DNA of 63,953 bases, filler included, from Octopus bimaculoides (lineage: Eukaryota): NCBI RefSeq assembly GCF_001194135.2. It is 9 parts of 8 records of this genome, joined end to end, with 100 filler letters (N's around TTAATTAATTAA, not from the genome) between each part and the next. Parts side by side here need not be neighbours in the genome. Positions count along the whole stretch, not along the records: positions 49,320 to 57,115 come from NC_069002.1; positions 57,216 to 60,654 come from NW_026404091.1; positions 60,755 to 62,746 come from NC_069002.1; positions 62,847 to 63,953 come from NW_026435227.1; 5 more parts are not named here. The stretch is one strand, 5' to 3'. Position 1 is the first letter of the stretch; each line of letters begins with the position of its first letter. A program made the translations under genes and the position numbers. The notes below the pieces were generated by a model. It saw nothing but the letters and a program-made list of their open reading frames with translations, did not search any database and had not been told where the DNA came from. This document shows, one piece after another, positions 51,029-63,654 of this stretch.

Positions 51029-51240
51029 TGTCATCATCATCATCGTTGTTGTCATCGTTGTCATCATCATCTTCGTCGTCGTCATCATCATCGTTGTCGT
51101 CATCAGTGTCATCTTCATTGTTATCGTCTTCATCTTCATCGTCATCAACATTATTGTTTTCGTCATCATCATCATCATCATTGTTGTTGTCGTCATCATC
51201 ATCATCGTCATTGTTGGTGTCTCATTATTGTCACCATAAC
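50810..51240. repeat. (ATC)n/(GTC)n compound microsatellite
   Basis: Imperfect trinucleotide tract. Confidence 0.95.
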
Positions 51241-51762
51241 CATACTTCCATAGAGGTGCATATAGTTTATACATCACCATAAACCTGTCTGTTTATACAT
51301 TTCCATAGCCATGGGAGTTATGTCAGTGTTTGTGTGTGTAAGTACACCTCCTTTACATCAACGTCTATTCAAATATTTCATCAATGAAACTAATTTGAAA
51401 TCATGAATGAAAGTGCTAATGAGAGAACGTAAGTGTGTGAGTGTGTGTGTGTGTGAGTGTGTGTGTGTGTGTGTGCTATTCTGCATTCAGTCTATACGTT
51501 TATGATGTATGTGTCAGTATATCTAACTGTGTGTTTGTGTGTGATGGTAGAGGAAGTGGAAGAAAATTGTGTGTGTGTGTGTGTGAGCATGTCTGTGTGT
51601 GTCTCTTTGTATTTGTGTATCTCTCCTAGTACAAACAAATACGTACTCACAAATGTATACACGCAGTCACGATTGTATATGAAATATCTCACAAATAAAA
51701 CTAACTTGGTGAATATTGTCGGAAGAGGTTTGTTTATGCATCAACTATATCTATATAATATG

Positions 51763-51801
<39 letters not shown>

Positions 51802-52113
51802 CACTCATTATGCACACTATCATAAACAACAGCAGCGTGCTGTGAGAATATAATAAGTGAAAATATATGCATTCATTGAAAAAATATAATTCAGGAAGAT
51901 AGTTGGTAAGATAGATGGATGGATAGATAAAAAGATAAATAGAAAGACAGCTAGATAGATAGACAGCTAGGTAGATGGAGCTCATTAATTTCTCATTCTG
52001 TCTCAGTGTACATATGTATGTATGTATGTATATGTGTGCATGTCTGTTTTATGCACAAAGCGCATGCACACACACACATGTATATGTGCATGTATAAATA
52101 TACACACACACAC

Positions 52114-52160
<47 letters not shown>

Positions 52161-52175
52161 CACATACACATATGC

Positions 52176-52609
52176 TGTTGGCACTCCGTCGTTTACGACG
52201 TCAAGGGTTCCAGTTGATCTGATCAACGGAACAGCCTGCTCGTGAAATTAACGTACATGTGGCTGAGCACTCCACAGACACGTGTACCCTTANNNNNNNN
52301 NNNNNNNNNNNNNNNNNNNNNNNNNNNNNNNNNNNNNNNNNNNNNNNNNNNNNNNNNNNNNNTTCAGCGTGACACAGCGTGACAAGGCTGGCCCTTTGAA
52401 TTACAGGCACAACAGAAACAGGAAGTAAGAGTGAGAGAAAGTTGTGGTGAAAGAGTACAGCAGGGTTCGCCACCATCCCCTGCCAGAGCCTCGTGGAGCT
52501 TTAGGTGTTTTCGCTCAATAAACACTCACAATGCCCAGTCTGAGAATCGAAACCGCGATCCTATGACCGCGAGTCCGCTGCCCTAACCACTGGGCCATTG
52601 CGCCTCCAC
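52176..52609 (-). mobile_element. Third SINE family, full-length young copy across a gap, in (AT)n/(AC)n context
   Basis: Nearly identical to 17074-17450. Confidence 0.92.
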
Positions 52610-53192
52610 TATATATATATATACACACACACAAACACATATACACCAAATTAAATACACAACCGAAAGAGCTACTAATAGTTTCATGCTATTATGATAC
52701 TTGAACAGGTATATTTATAAAATATGCCATGTATCTTAAAGCAATCATAAACTCTGTTTATGTGTTATATATATTTTTAAAAGACAAGAATGCTGGACAC
52801 TGAAAAAAATTAGTAATAAATGTGGAAAAAATGGGCAGAAAAAATAAATGGAACGAGAAAAAAGAAACAAAATCAAGAACTAAGATCCTCATTCTCCCTG
52901 ATTGCAGAAAGCTCATTAAACACAACTGGTTTAGAACAAGACACCTCAATTCAATAAAAGAAACTTATCCATGTGCCCACACCTGCCAAAAATTTCAGAT
53001 CTTGAATTAAGCAGTGCTTTTACACTTTTTACTATAAGCAAGAATGTTTTTCTCCATGGTAAACTGCAGCTAAATTATATCACAAACACATATGAACTAA
53101 TCTAAAGTTTACTTATTTCTCACCACTGCTTAGTGCTGCTACTACCAGATTTGTTCTGACTGGGCTGTCTGAAAGTGCAAATCAGTCACTAA

Positions 53193-53563
53193 TATTGCCT
53201 TCTATCTACTATAGGCACAAGGCTTGAAATTTTAGGGTAGGGAGCTAGCCAATTACATCGACCCCACTACTCCAACCCCATGCTTATTTTATTGCTGGTG
53301 CTTATTTTTTTGACCCTAGAAGGATGAAAGGCAATGACGAGGTGGACAGAATTTGAACTCAGAATGTAAGGACATATGAAATGTCACTAGTCATTTTGTC
53401 CAGAATGCTATAATGATTCTTCTCGTTTGTTACCATAAGTCAGTCACTAAAACTGATTTCAAAATTTGGCACAAGGCCAGCAATTTGGTGGGAGGGTGTA
53501 AGTTGTTTACATTGACCCTAGTACTAGACTTGCTCTTATCTTATCAACCTTAAAATGATGAAG
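53193..53563 (-). mobile_element. Two adjacent Nin/Deu-like SINE insertions
   Basis: Family sequence at 53200-53430 and 53460-53560; TCAGTCACTAA at 53182, 53440 and 53564. Confidence 0.7.
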
Positions 53564-53764
53564 TCAGTCACTAATACTCACAGTTCCATTCTAAAGTTAA
53601 AGCTTTCTAATCTGTTCAAGGTTATCTTTCTCTTTGGTATTTCCTGCTGAGGAAGACATAATGAGCTGGAAATAATTCTCAGAGCCCACTGCACTGATAA
53701 TGGGGTATTTACACCTTTTACCATGAATGAGAATTTATTCTCCCATGGTAAACTGAAGTGAAAT

Positions 53765-53803
<39 letters not shown>

Positions 53804-54367
53804 GTATGTATGTATTTCTGTGCGTGTATACATACGTGAACACAGTCTCATGAATGCATACATCATTATATATATATATATATATANNNNNNNNNNNNNN
53901 NNNNNNNNNNNNNNNNNNNNNNNNNNNNNNNNNNNNNNNNNNNNNNNNNNNNNNNNNNNNNNNNNNNNNNNNNNNNNNNNNNNNNNNNNNNNNNNNNNNN
54001 NNNNNNNNNNNNNNNNNNNNNNNNNNNNNNNNNNNNNNNNNNNNNNNNNNNNNNNNNNNNNNNNNNNNNNNNNNNNNNNNNNNNNNNNNNNNNNNATATA
54101 TATGTATATATATATATGTATATAGTAACCAATTCGTGAAGCTATAACTGAAGCAGTTTGTTGTTTGTTTGTTTTTTTTTGTTTAGTTGTGCAACATGGT
54201 GCATTTTAGGTCATGTAGGTGCATGTGTTCTGATGCAAAAAGCAAGCAAATACAAGTTTAAAAAAAATTTAATGAATGGCAGCGAAGGAAATTAAAACGA
54301 AAAACAACATCAAAAAGAATGGAAAACAACACACACATACATACACTGTGTGTATGTATGTGCGTAT

Positions 54368-54412
<45 letters not shown>

Positions 54413-55629
54413 TGTGTGTCCATGTGTGTGTGTGTGTGCGTGTGATGCTTATTGTTTTAAAGTTTTTAAAATTCAAAATCAAGTTTTGGGCTCAAGCAAG
54501 CTGAATGAAGTTGCTTCTCACAAATTCTTTGTTCTGATATTAATTCTGACATGAAATGTCATGAATGGTTTGTTGCAAAACAAACTGCACAAGGCCACAA
54601 AGTTGGGGAGTGGGGGGTGTGTGGTATGTGGAATGGCGGCGGTGGTGGTGGTGGTGGTGGTGGAGTGTTGTTAATTAAAGCAACGGTCCACTTATTTGAC
54701 TCGTACATATTTTACTGACGCCAGAAGGGTTAAGCAGTGAATGCAAAAATAAACCTTGGTATGTTTGGAATTCAGAACTTAGAAGGACACTGTTTGATGG
54801 CATAGCAAGTGACCCAGGGGTAGGGGAGCAAACTGCTATTTATGCCCCACTCTCCCTACCTTAATTAACTGGTACCAAAAACCTGAATAAATCTTTTGCT
54901 CTTTCCCACTGGCACCCACTGGGATGAAGGCCACGACTTCTCCTTGAGTCCTCTTCAGCTCCGTCTCTGACATTGCCATACACCCCAAGACAGTTTATTC
55001 ACAAAATTGACATCAGATGGATTTGAACTCAGAACATGCAGGAACACCAGTAAAGAACCACAAAGTGTTTTCTCAAGCACCCTACTAATTCTACTAATCA
55101 ATAGTTTTCCTTCTAGAAGTAAAAAATGGATTCCCCACTGGTTTCAACGAATGAATCTTCTAGATATCTGATCAACCACATTACCTAGTCAGTAAATTAT
55201 CATGTTAGTGACCGAGTATTCCACAGGCCCATGTACCCTTAATGTAATTTTCGGGCATATTCAGCATGACATGGAATGTAACAAAGCTGGTTCTTTGAAT
55301 TACAGGTATAATCTACCCATTAAGCTTCAATACAGTTTCCATATACCCAATTTCACTTACAAGGCTTGGGTTGACCTTTTGTGATAATAAACAACATGTC
55401 CCTGAGATGCCATGCTGTAGGACTGAACCCAGGATTGTGAGGTTATGGAGCAAATTTCTTAACCATTCAGCCTCACTGTAATTGTTCTCTTGAAATGAAT
55501 TTGATAAAAACATTACCTTGTTTATGATGTCCAGTCACAATTCTTAGCTTTTAACCACCGTGACAGCTGTGGAATGTCCCACCACTGTAACAACACTATA
55601 TATGTATGTGTGTGCTAGTGTCTTCTTGT

Positions 55630-55689
55630 CTTACTGTGGTGGTAGCAGTGGTGGTGGCGTTGTTGTTGTTGTTGTTGTTGTTGTTGTGG

Positions 55690-55724
<35 letters not shown>

Positions 55725-55805
55725 GGTGGTGGCTTGTAGTGGTGTTGAGAGCAGTGGTGATATCGGGTGGTGGTGGTGGTGGTGGTGGCGTTGTTGTTGT
55801 TGTTA

Positions 55806-55837
<32 letters not shown>

Positions 55838-56046
55838 TTTGGTGGTGGCGTTGTTTTTGTTGTTATTGTTGTTGTTGTTGTNNNNNNNNNNNNNNNNNNN
55901 NNNNNNNNNNNNNNNNNNNNNNNNNNNNNNNNNNNNNNNNNNNNNNNNNNNNNNNNNNNNNNNNNNNNNNNNNNNNNNNNNNNNNNNNNNNNNNNNNNNN
56001 NNNNNNNNNNNNNNNNNNNNNGGTTTTGGTGGTGGCGTTGCTTTTG

Positions 56047-56083
<37 letters not shown>

Positions 56084-56480
56084 CTGGTAGTGGTGTTGAG
56101 AGCAGTGGTGATATAGGGTGGTGGTGGTGGTGGTGGAGATGGTGCTGGCAGTGAAGGTGGTGGTGATGCCAGTGGTGGTAATGCTGGTGGCAATGATGGT
56201 GGTGGTGGTGGTGGTGGTAGTAGTGGTAGCAGTAGTAGTGATGATGATAGTGGTGGTGGCAATGATGGTGAAAGCAGGTGGTGGTGGTGCTAATGGTGGT
56301 GGTAGCATGTGGGCTGGCAGTGGTAGTAGCAGTGGTGGTGACGGTGGTGTTGGTAACGATGTCTTTGGTATTGACGGTTGTGGTGATGATGGTGATAGTG
56401 GTGTTGATAGTTGTGGCTGTGGTAGTAGTAGTGGTGGTGGCAACAGTAACAGTGGTGGTGTTGGTGGAGATGTTACAAAA
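55630..56480. repeat. (GTT)n/(GGT)n compound microsatellite with gap
   Basis: Imperfect trinucleotide tracts. Confidence 0.95.
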
Positions 56481-56884
56481 GTGATCATGGTGATATTATA
56501 AGGATATAGAAATTTTACAAAACATTTTATAGAAGGGGGTGGATAGGGATAGACAGGGGGTACACTCATAAACTTATATATTTTCTGTATACACAAACAG
56601 TTCTTTCATATGGCCCACCTCAAATACTTGAACGTGATCACTCAATCCTTCTACAACAGCTATGAAAATATGAAAATAAGCCATGAAAAAAAGAAACCCC
56701 AGGAAATACCAGGGAAGTTGTTCTGTACACACACACACACACACATACACATACATACACACGCACACACATACACACATACACACACACACACACACAC
56801 AAACATACATATACATACAAACATATATATATTATATATATAAGCTCTCATATACACATATTTATATAAGTATATATTTATATA

Positions 56885-57115
56885 GACCGTGTCCTCGCCC
56901 CCCCCCTAGTGGCTTCTCTCCCTTCCCACATTCATGACACTAACCACGCGCTTCGTCTATTCAACTCTTTCTCTTTCCCTCCCGGCCCTTCTAAGCTTCT
57001 CTTCACTCTAGACATCCAGAGCCTCTATACAGTGATCCCCCACGACGAGGGGCTGCGTGCCCTGAAGTTTTTTCTAGACCAACGCCCCAACCCACAACCC
57101 GACACCTCCACACTC
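56885..57115 (+). mobile_element. Penelope-like reverse transcriptase fragment, apparently young; truncated by a linker gap
   Basis: Open frame DRVLAPPLVASLPSHIHDTNHALRLFNSFSFPPGPSKLLFTLDIQSLYTVIPHDEGLRALKFFLDQRP, containing the Penelope RT signature IxDT..F/L.D(I/V).SLYT.IPH..GL.AL. Confidence 0.9.
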
Positions 57116-57645
57116 NNNNNNNNNNNNNNNNNNNNNNNNNNNNNNNNNNNNNNNNNNNNTTAATTAATTAANNNNNNNNNNNNNNNNNNNNNNNNNNNNN
57201 NNNNNNNNNNNNNNNTACACAGGTACAGTCCCATACGCATACTCATACACACACACGCAAGTACACACACACACACTCGCACGCATATGCGCATATGAAC
57301 ATAGGCATGTACACACATACATACACACACACACATACACACATACATACACATATAAATCTTTCTTTTCTGATTTCCATTTTAACTTCTAATTATTTTC
57401 TTTGCCCACAATTTCCTTTAACCTTCGTTTTCTTTTCTTTTAATTATTCAGTACTTTTTTTGTGGTTGTTGTTGTAGTTTTTAGGTGTGGTGGGGGTGAG
57501 TACGAATACGGGTACGGTTGGATGGGGGGTGGGGGTGTATTCGAATAATTTATTTTACTGTGAATGTCACATGAAAGATTTCTTTCCTCTTTTTAACTGC
57601 AATCGTCGTTTGGATCATCTTAACATTAATGAAAACCGACCCGTC

Positions 57646-57678
<33 letters not shown>

Positions 57679-57679
57679 C

Positions 57680-57728
<49 letters not shown>

Positions 57729-57865
57729 AGGTGGTGGTGGTGGTGATAGGGGGATATTTTTCCGCAGTCCCAATATGCATATTTGTTTTCTACACCACCT
57801 GTCTTCGTCTGTTGTTTGTTTTTCTGTGAATTCTCCCTATATATATATATAGGGAATTGAGAAAG

Positions 57866-57903
57866 TCTTTAACGTTTCGAGCCTATGCTCTTCCACAGAA
57901 AGG
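57866..57903 (-). ncRNA. Hammerhead-like variant motif, copy 2
   Basis: CCUUU-CUGUGGA-A-GAGC-AUAG-GCUC-GAA-ACGU-U-AAAGA. Confidence 0.45.
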
Positions 57904-58206
57904 AACACAGAAAGAAATAAGGAGAGAAATATATATATATATATTAAATTCAAATTACGACAAACGTANNNNNNNNNNNNNNNNNNNNNNNNNNNNNNNN
58001 NNNNNNNNNNNNNNNNNNNNNNNNNNNNNNNNNNNNNNNNNNNNNNNNNNNNNNNNNNNNNNNNNNNNNNNNNNNNNNNNNNNNNNNNNNNNNNNNNNNN
58101 NNNNNNNNNNNNNNNNNNNNNNNNNNNNNNNNNNNNNNNNNNNNNNNNNNNNNNNNNNNNNNNNNNNNNNNNNNNNNNNNNNNNNNNNNNNNNNNNNNNN
58201 NNNNNN

Positions 58207-58259
<53 letters not shown>

Positions 58260-58573
58260 ACATATATATCAAAAGAATGTGTTATAACACTATACCACAT
58301 ATGCAAAAACAACCATTCCAACAATCCAACATACCTCTATCATCAACTGACCCACGGATATCATTATGGTTTCGACATCTGGGCAGTGTCAACAGCAGTG
58401 TCAACAGCACTATATATATATAGTGCGGTTCGGCAAAAGAGACCGATAGAATAAGTACTAGGCTTACAAAAATAAGTCTTGGGTCGATTTCTTCGACTAA
58501 AACCCTTTAACGCAGTGCTACAGCATGGCCACAGTCAAATGTCTGAAGCAAAAAAATCAAAGAAAATAATATA

Positions 58574-59458
58574 CGAGGTCTGATCAATAAGTATACGGAT
58601 TGTTGCCATAATAACAAAGCTAAAGCACGCAGAGAGAAGCCACTTGGCAAGGATTGACCTTGAACTCTGTTGTGCATGCGCACTAAGTTTTAACGTTCTA
58701 GCTCACTTCCGCTATTTTCGGCAGTGCTTGGAAGTATGGTGTGTAGCGTGTGATCGTCGCATTGACCATGACAGAGAAAGTTGTCACAAGGATACCTGCT
58801 CAGAGGCCAACAAAAAAGTTTCAGAAAGTGTATGGAGAGGAGTGTCTGAGGCGCACACAAGTGCACGAGTGTTTCTGACGTTTCCAAGATGGCCGAAAAG
58901 ATGTCAATTTTGACGAACGTTCTAGGAGACCCGCAACCAGCAGAACTGAGAAAAACATCGCAGATTGCGTTTAGCTGTGAGGAGAAATCGTCGAATTATC
59001 CGTGAGTTATCATAGCATGTGCAGATTAGTTACGGTTCAGTTCAATCTATTATCACAGATGATTTGGGTATGAAACATATGTCTGCCAAGTTTATGCCAA
59101 AACTACTTTCAGCTGACCAAAAAGATACTCGGGTTTCAGTTGCACAAGATCTCCTTGATTGTGTCGAGAACGATGAAAACCGCTTGAAAACTTTGCGTAG
59201 GCCTCTGGGCAGGTATCACAAGCTTTTGGTAAAATTTGATGAAGATTCTCTGCTCAGCTTTCTTTGTCATGGTCAATGTGACGATCACACGTTACACACC
59301 TTCCTTCCAAGCATTGCTGTAAACAGCAGAAGTGAGCTAGAACGTTAAAACTTAGTGCACATACATAGCAGAGTTCAATCTGTGCCAAGCGCCTTTATTC
59401 TGCATGCTTTTGTTTTGTTACTATGGCAACAGTCGAGATACTTATTGATCAGATCACG
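58574..59458 (+). mobile_element. Non-autonomous mariner derivative with inverted arms of about 270 bp and an N-terminal transposase remnant
   Basis: TA-CGAGGTCTGATCAATAAGTAT ... ATACTTATTGATCAGATCACG; internal ISYGSVQSIITDDLGMKHMSAKFMPKLLSADQKDTRV (mariner second HTH / WVP-linker region); no DDD domain. Confidence 0.88.
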
Positions 59459-62400
59459 TGCGTGTATGTGTGTGCGTGTTTGTGTGTGTATGTATTATGT
59501 AAATATGTGTATGTGTGTGCACGCATGTTNNNNNNNNNNNNNNNNNNNNNNNNNNNNNNNNNNNNNNNNNNNNNNNNNNNNNNNNNNNNNNNNNNNNNNN
59601 NNNNNNNNNNNNNNNNNNNNNNNNNNNNNNNNNNNNNNNNNNNNNNNNNNNNNNNNNNNNNNNNNNNNNNNNNNNNNNNNNNNNNNNNNNNNNNNNNNNN
59701 NNNNATATATATATATATATATATATATATACAAAGTAATACCTCAGCGCTTTTCATACTTTCCGAAAAATGTAGCGTTAAACGAAACTACGTCAAACTA
59801 GATCTATAGATCATTATAACATAACATAAATAGTGATACGATTTGGTAGGCTATTTTTAACAGTGATACGAACAGAAATGATGGTGATATACATCGCCAA
59901 ACGATTTGAAAGTCTGGAGACATATTTTCGCCTGCAGGCATTTAATATCTCCTTGGATAACCTTAAGCAGTGTCGTGTTTGTTACACATTGTGATCTAAC
60001 GTTCGGCCGGAATACGAAAGCAAATTCCTTTATGCCAGATCGAATATTATAAAATTATTAAACAGGTTAAATTAATCAACTTCAATCATGAGCTCGTCTG
60101 CAAATTCCTTCAGAATTTCATTTCAAAAGCAATAGAGTGCAAAATAGGACTGAGATTGTTTATTTTCATTCATTCGTCGATTTTCGGAAAACCTGGCTAA
60201 TATTGTCCGCATTTTCTTGAGGTTTTCTCTCGAAGCATAACATGACATCATTTCCAGAACGCTTCTTTATTTTGCTGTTGTGTCTCTTGTCCGGGGACAT
60301 CCTCAAGTAATGATATCGGTCACTTTGGTGAGCCCACAACAAAGTCTCCAATGTGTGTGTGTGTGTGTACGTATATGTGTATATATATAGGTACATATAT
60401 CTATAAACACACAAACACATACATCTGCGCGCAAAGACGCGCACAAGCATATATTTGCGTAGGATTGGCTGTGAGTGAGTCAAGAAGCTTGATCGCCAAC
60501 CATGTGGTCTTGGGTTCAATCTCACCCACAGCAGCTTAGACGAGTGTCTTCTACTGTTGTAGAAGAGAAGTAAAAAGTATAAATACACACACACACACAT
60601 ACACACATATATATACATATACACATACACACACACATACACACACATACACATNNNNNNNNNNNNNNNNNNNNNNNNNNNNNNNNNNNNNNNNNNNNTT
60701 AATTAATTAANNNNNNNNNNNNNNNNNNNNNNNNNNNNNNNNNNNNNNNNNNNNATATATATATATATATATATACGCACATAATGAAACATATACCTAT
60801 ATACCTGCATAAATATATCCTTACGTAGAAGCACGTGAAAACAGACATATACAATCTTACACCTATATATACATAGATATACATACCACAAATACTTGAT
60901 ACATTAGATTCTAGTAACCAATTCAATGACTAACCCTCTATCACACGGGAATATAGCACCGAGGTACTTAGATTCGACCATTTGCATCAGTGATGTTACC
61001 CTAATATGCAGAGAGTTTTGGGGAAAATAATTCTCGAGAGGACCAACTTCTCAGTCTTCGCAATATTTATTTTAATCCCTGCCCCACAACACTCTGAATC
61101 GAAAGCATTCAGTGTATGCTGGCGATCACCTTCTTCATCATAGATAAGTCATAGATTAAACTAACGATCTTTTATCCTCATCATAAATATAATTTTAACT
61201 AATATTTACTATAAAATTTCTTGTCTCACTGTGTTATCTGTGTATTTGTCAATACCGACTTCGACTTCTCTATTTCGCTTTTATACAGAGAGAAAGCGAG
61301 AGAGAGATACCTTAGACAGCCTTCCTTTGTCCTCACCACCCGTTGTCACCCGATCTATTATCCTTTCTAAAGTTATTCCACTTTTTCAAGTGCTTATACG
61401 CAGTATTTATCGACGTAGACCGCCACTGGTTTCCTCCGATCCTATTGTTTGCTATGATAAATTAGTTAGTTTCCTCTTTGTAAAGTGTATTTTCATTACT
61501 CTACTGTACATCGATGATCTATTTACGGAACCATAACTTGGAATTTACTAACAGTAAAATCATCGCTCAGATATATGAAACGGCGAAGTAAATAAATAAA
61601 TATAAAATCGAAAGCATTTTTTTTTTAGTGAATTGTTCAAAGAGTTTGTTACAATCTGTATTACTGTGATTAATATTGAATAAGAGAGGGACGGAGAAAC
61701 GTATGGGATTTACTCATCATACTGATAAAACAAGCAGAATGGTTATTAAAACTGACTGGAATAGGTGGCTAGACGTGTATGCGTGAGTGTGTGTGAGTGT
61801 GTGCGTGTGTGAGAGAGAGTGAAGGCGAGAGAGAGACTGTGTATATATGAGTGAGTAGAGAGTGAGAGACTCAGGATGAGAGGGAGAGAATGTAGGAGTA
61901 TGACGAGGTGGACTTAGATATAAATAGTGAGTGAGAGTGGGGATGAGAAAAACTGGAATACATACATATATTCGTGTATATATATGCATGTATATGCATG
62001 TATATATATGTGTGTGTGTGTGTGTGTGTCCATTCATCTATATCTCTATGTATGTATGTATGTATGCGTGTATGTATGTATATGTGCAGATTTGTATGCT
62101 TTGTTTTACCTGTGTCTCCTCATGCATATACTCACATATCAAGACACGCCAATACATACATAAATGATAAACGTCTGTATGTATGCATGTACGCTTATAT
62201 GTGCGTGTGTCTATATATGCATACGCATGCATCCACCTACGTATGTAAATGGCGGTACATTGTTAGAATGCGAGACTTGGAGAGTGAACGATACATACAA
62301 GTATTTATGGCGCCATTAAAGGACGGCTCTGCAAATTTCCGTATAATATGTTTCCTTGGTTTTGCAAGGTTTTTCACTACAAGAGTGTGAACGTGATTGC

Positions 62401-62694
62401 ATAAATATTCACGTAAAGTCATTGCATATTTTAAGAAAAACTAGTTTTCCCGTTTGTGATGAAATAGATCGAAGGTGGGATGTTTTTCACAGAAGAATGA
62501 TTAAATTTTCTTGTATGAAAGGACGAGTGAAATGTTTCAAGTCTTTTATTTCAGAAGCTACGCTTGTTGATGCAGTTTGTATTTCATCGTTTTCGGTGAT
62601 AAAGTACATACCTTCAACCGATATTCAATTTCCATACATGTATATACATGCAAATGTGTATGTATATATGTATGTATGTAAATGCATACATATG

Positions 62695-62746
<52 letters not shown>

Positions 62747-63128
62747 NNNNNNNNNNNNNNNNNNNNNNNNNNNNNNNNNNNNNNNNNNNNTTAATTAATT
62801 AANNNNNNNNNNNNNNNNNNNNNNNNNNNNNNNNNNNNNNNNNNNNTGAATAGGAAAGCGTGTGAATCTCAGATAAGATTCCCAAAAGATCTGGTGCTCA
62901 TTTCAGAGCCTAACAACATTAGCAAACATTCCAGTGACACCACCATCGCCGCCACTATTACTACCACAACCACCACCACCACTATCAAACATTATTATTA
63001 TTATTATTATTATTTGTTGCTTTTAATTTAGAATGGGAAATGAATGTAACAGCACTTGTTGCAATCATGAACAGTTTACAAGCCTCAGGTTTGATTCTCG
63101 ACTGCTAACAACTTTTCATTTACATTAA

Positions 63129-63344
63129 CCCTTTTGTTACCATATTTCTGTTGAGATGCTCTGTGTTTCTTTCAATTAATTTTAAATATAACAAAGAGTT
63201 TAGTAAAATAACTCAGTTATCATTCAGCTAGTGTTAGGAACATAAATTGTGACAAAGGTTTGGTGGAAGATTTTTATTCAAAACTTACGAAAACAAGACA
63301 TTTGTTCTACAGAGCCGGTTTCAGCCGGGTTGGTAGCGAAAGGG
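63129..63344. mobile_element. piggyBac-type MITE
   Basis: TTAA-CCCTTTTGTTACCA ... TGGTAGCGAAAGGG-TTAA (12/14 TIR match, TTAA TSD). Confidence 0.87.
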
Positions 63345-63654
63345 TTAATATTGCCCTGGGATAACTCAGGAACATTCTAAAACGGTGTACCCTGGTGTCA
63401 TTGACCTAGCATGTCACCTGTTTTAAACACACTCACATTAAACTCCTGGATGCTTTTACTTCTTGGTATTCAATCTGTTGCACATACGCCAACATGACCT
63501 GACTGCCGCTGCCGCCACCCTGTCATAAACCTAGCTTCATATCCACCACCCGCATTTGTCCTAGAGCTGTTCCACTTGGTCATCTGTCAACCACAACATT
63601 CTTACTAGCCTGGAAGGCAGACTTACTTCCTCATTAGCACATACACACACACAC

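Noticed and set aside
59930-60000. Minus-strand KVIQGDIK resembling a macro-domain motif
   Set aside because: An isolated 8-mer with no other macro motifs and no splice sites.
14951-62802. Eight identical TTAATTAATTAA islands
   Set aside because: Each is centred in N padding (44 N per side where counted) and gives stops in all frames. This is a scaffolding linker, not biology.
17835-62802. Long ORFs of poly-YI/CV/HT/X, poly-I/H/D/L/S in the ORF track
   Set aside because: These are translations of dinucleotide or trinucleotide microsatellites and N runs, with no splice or compositional support.
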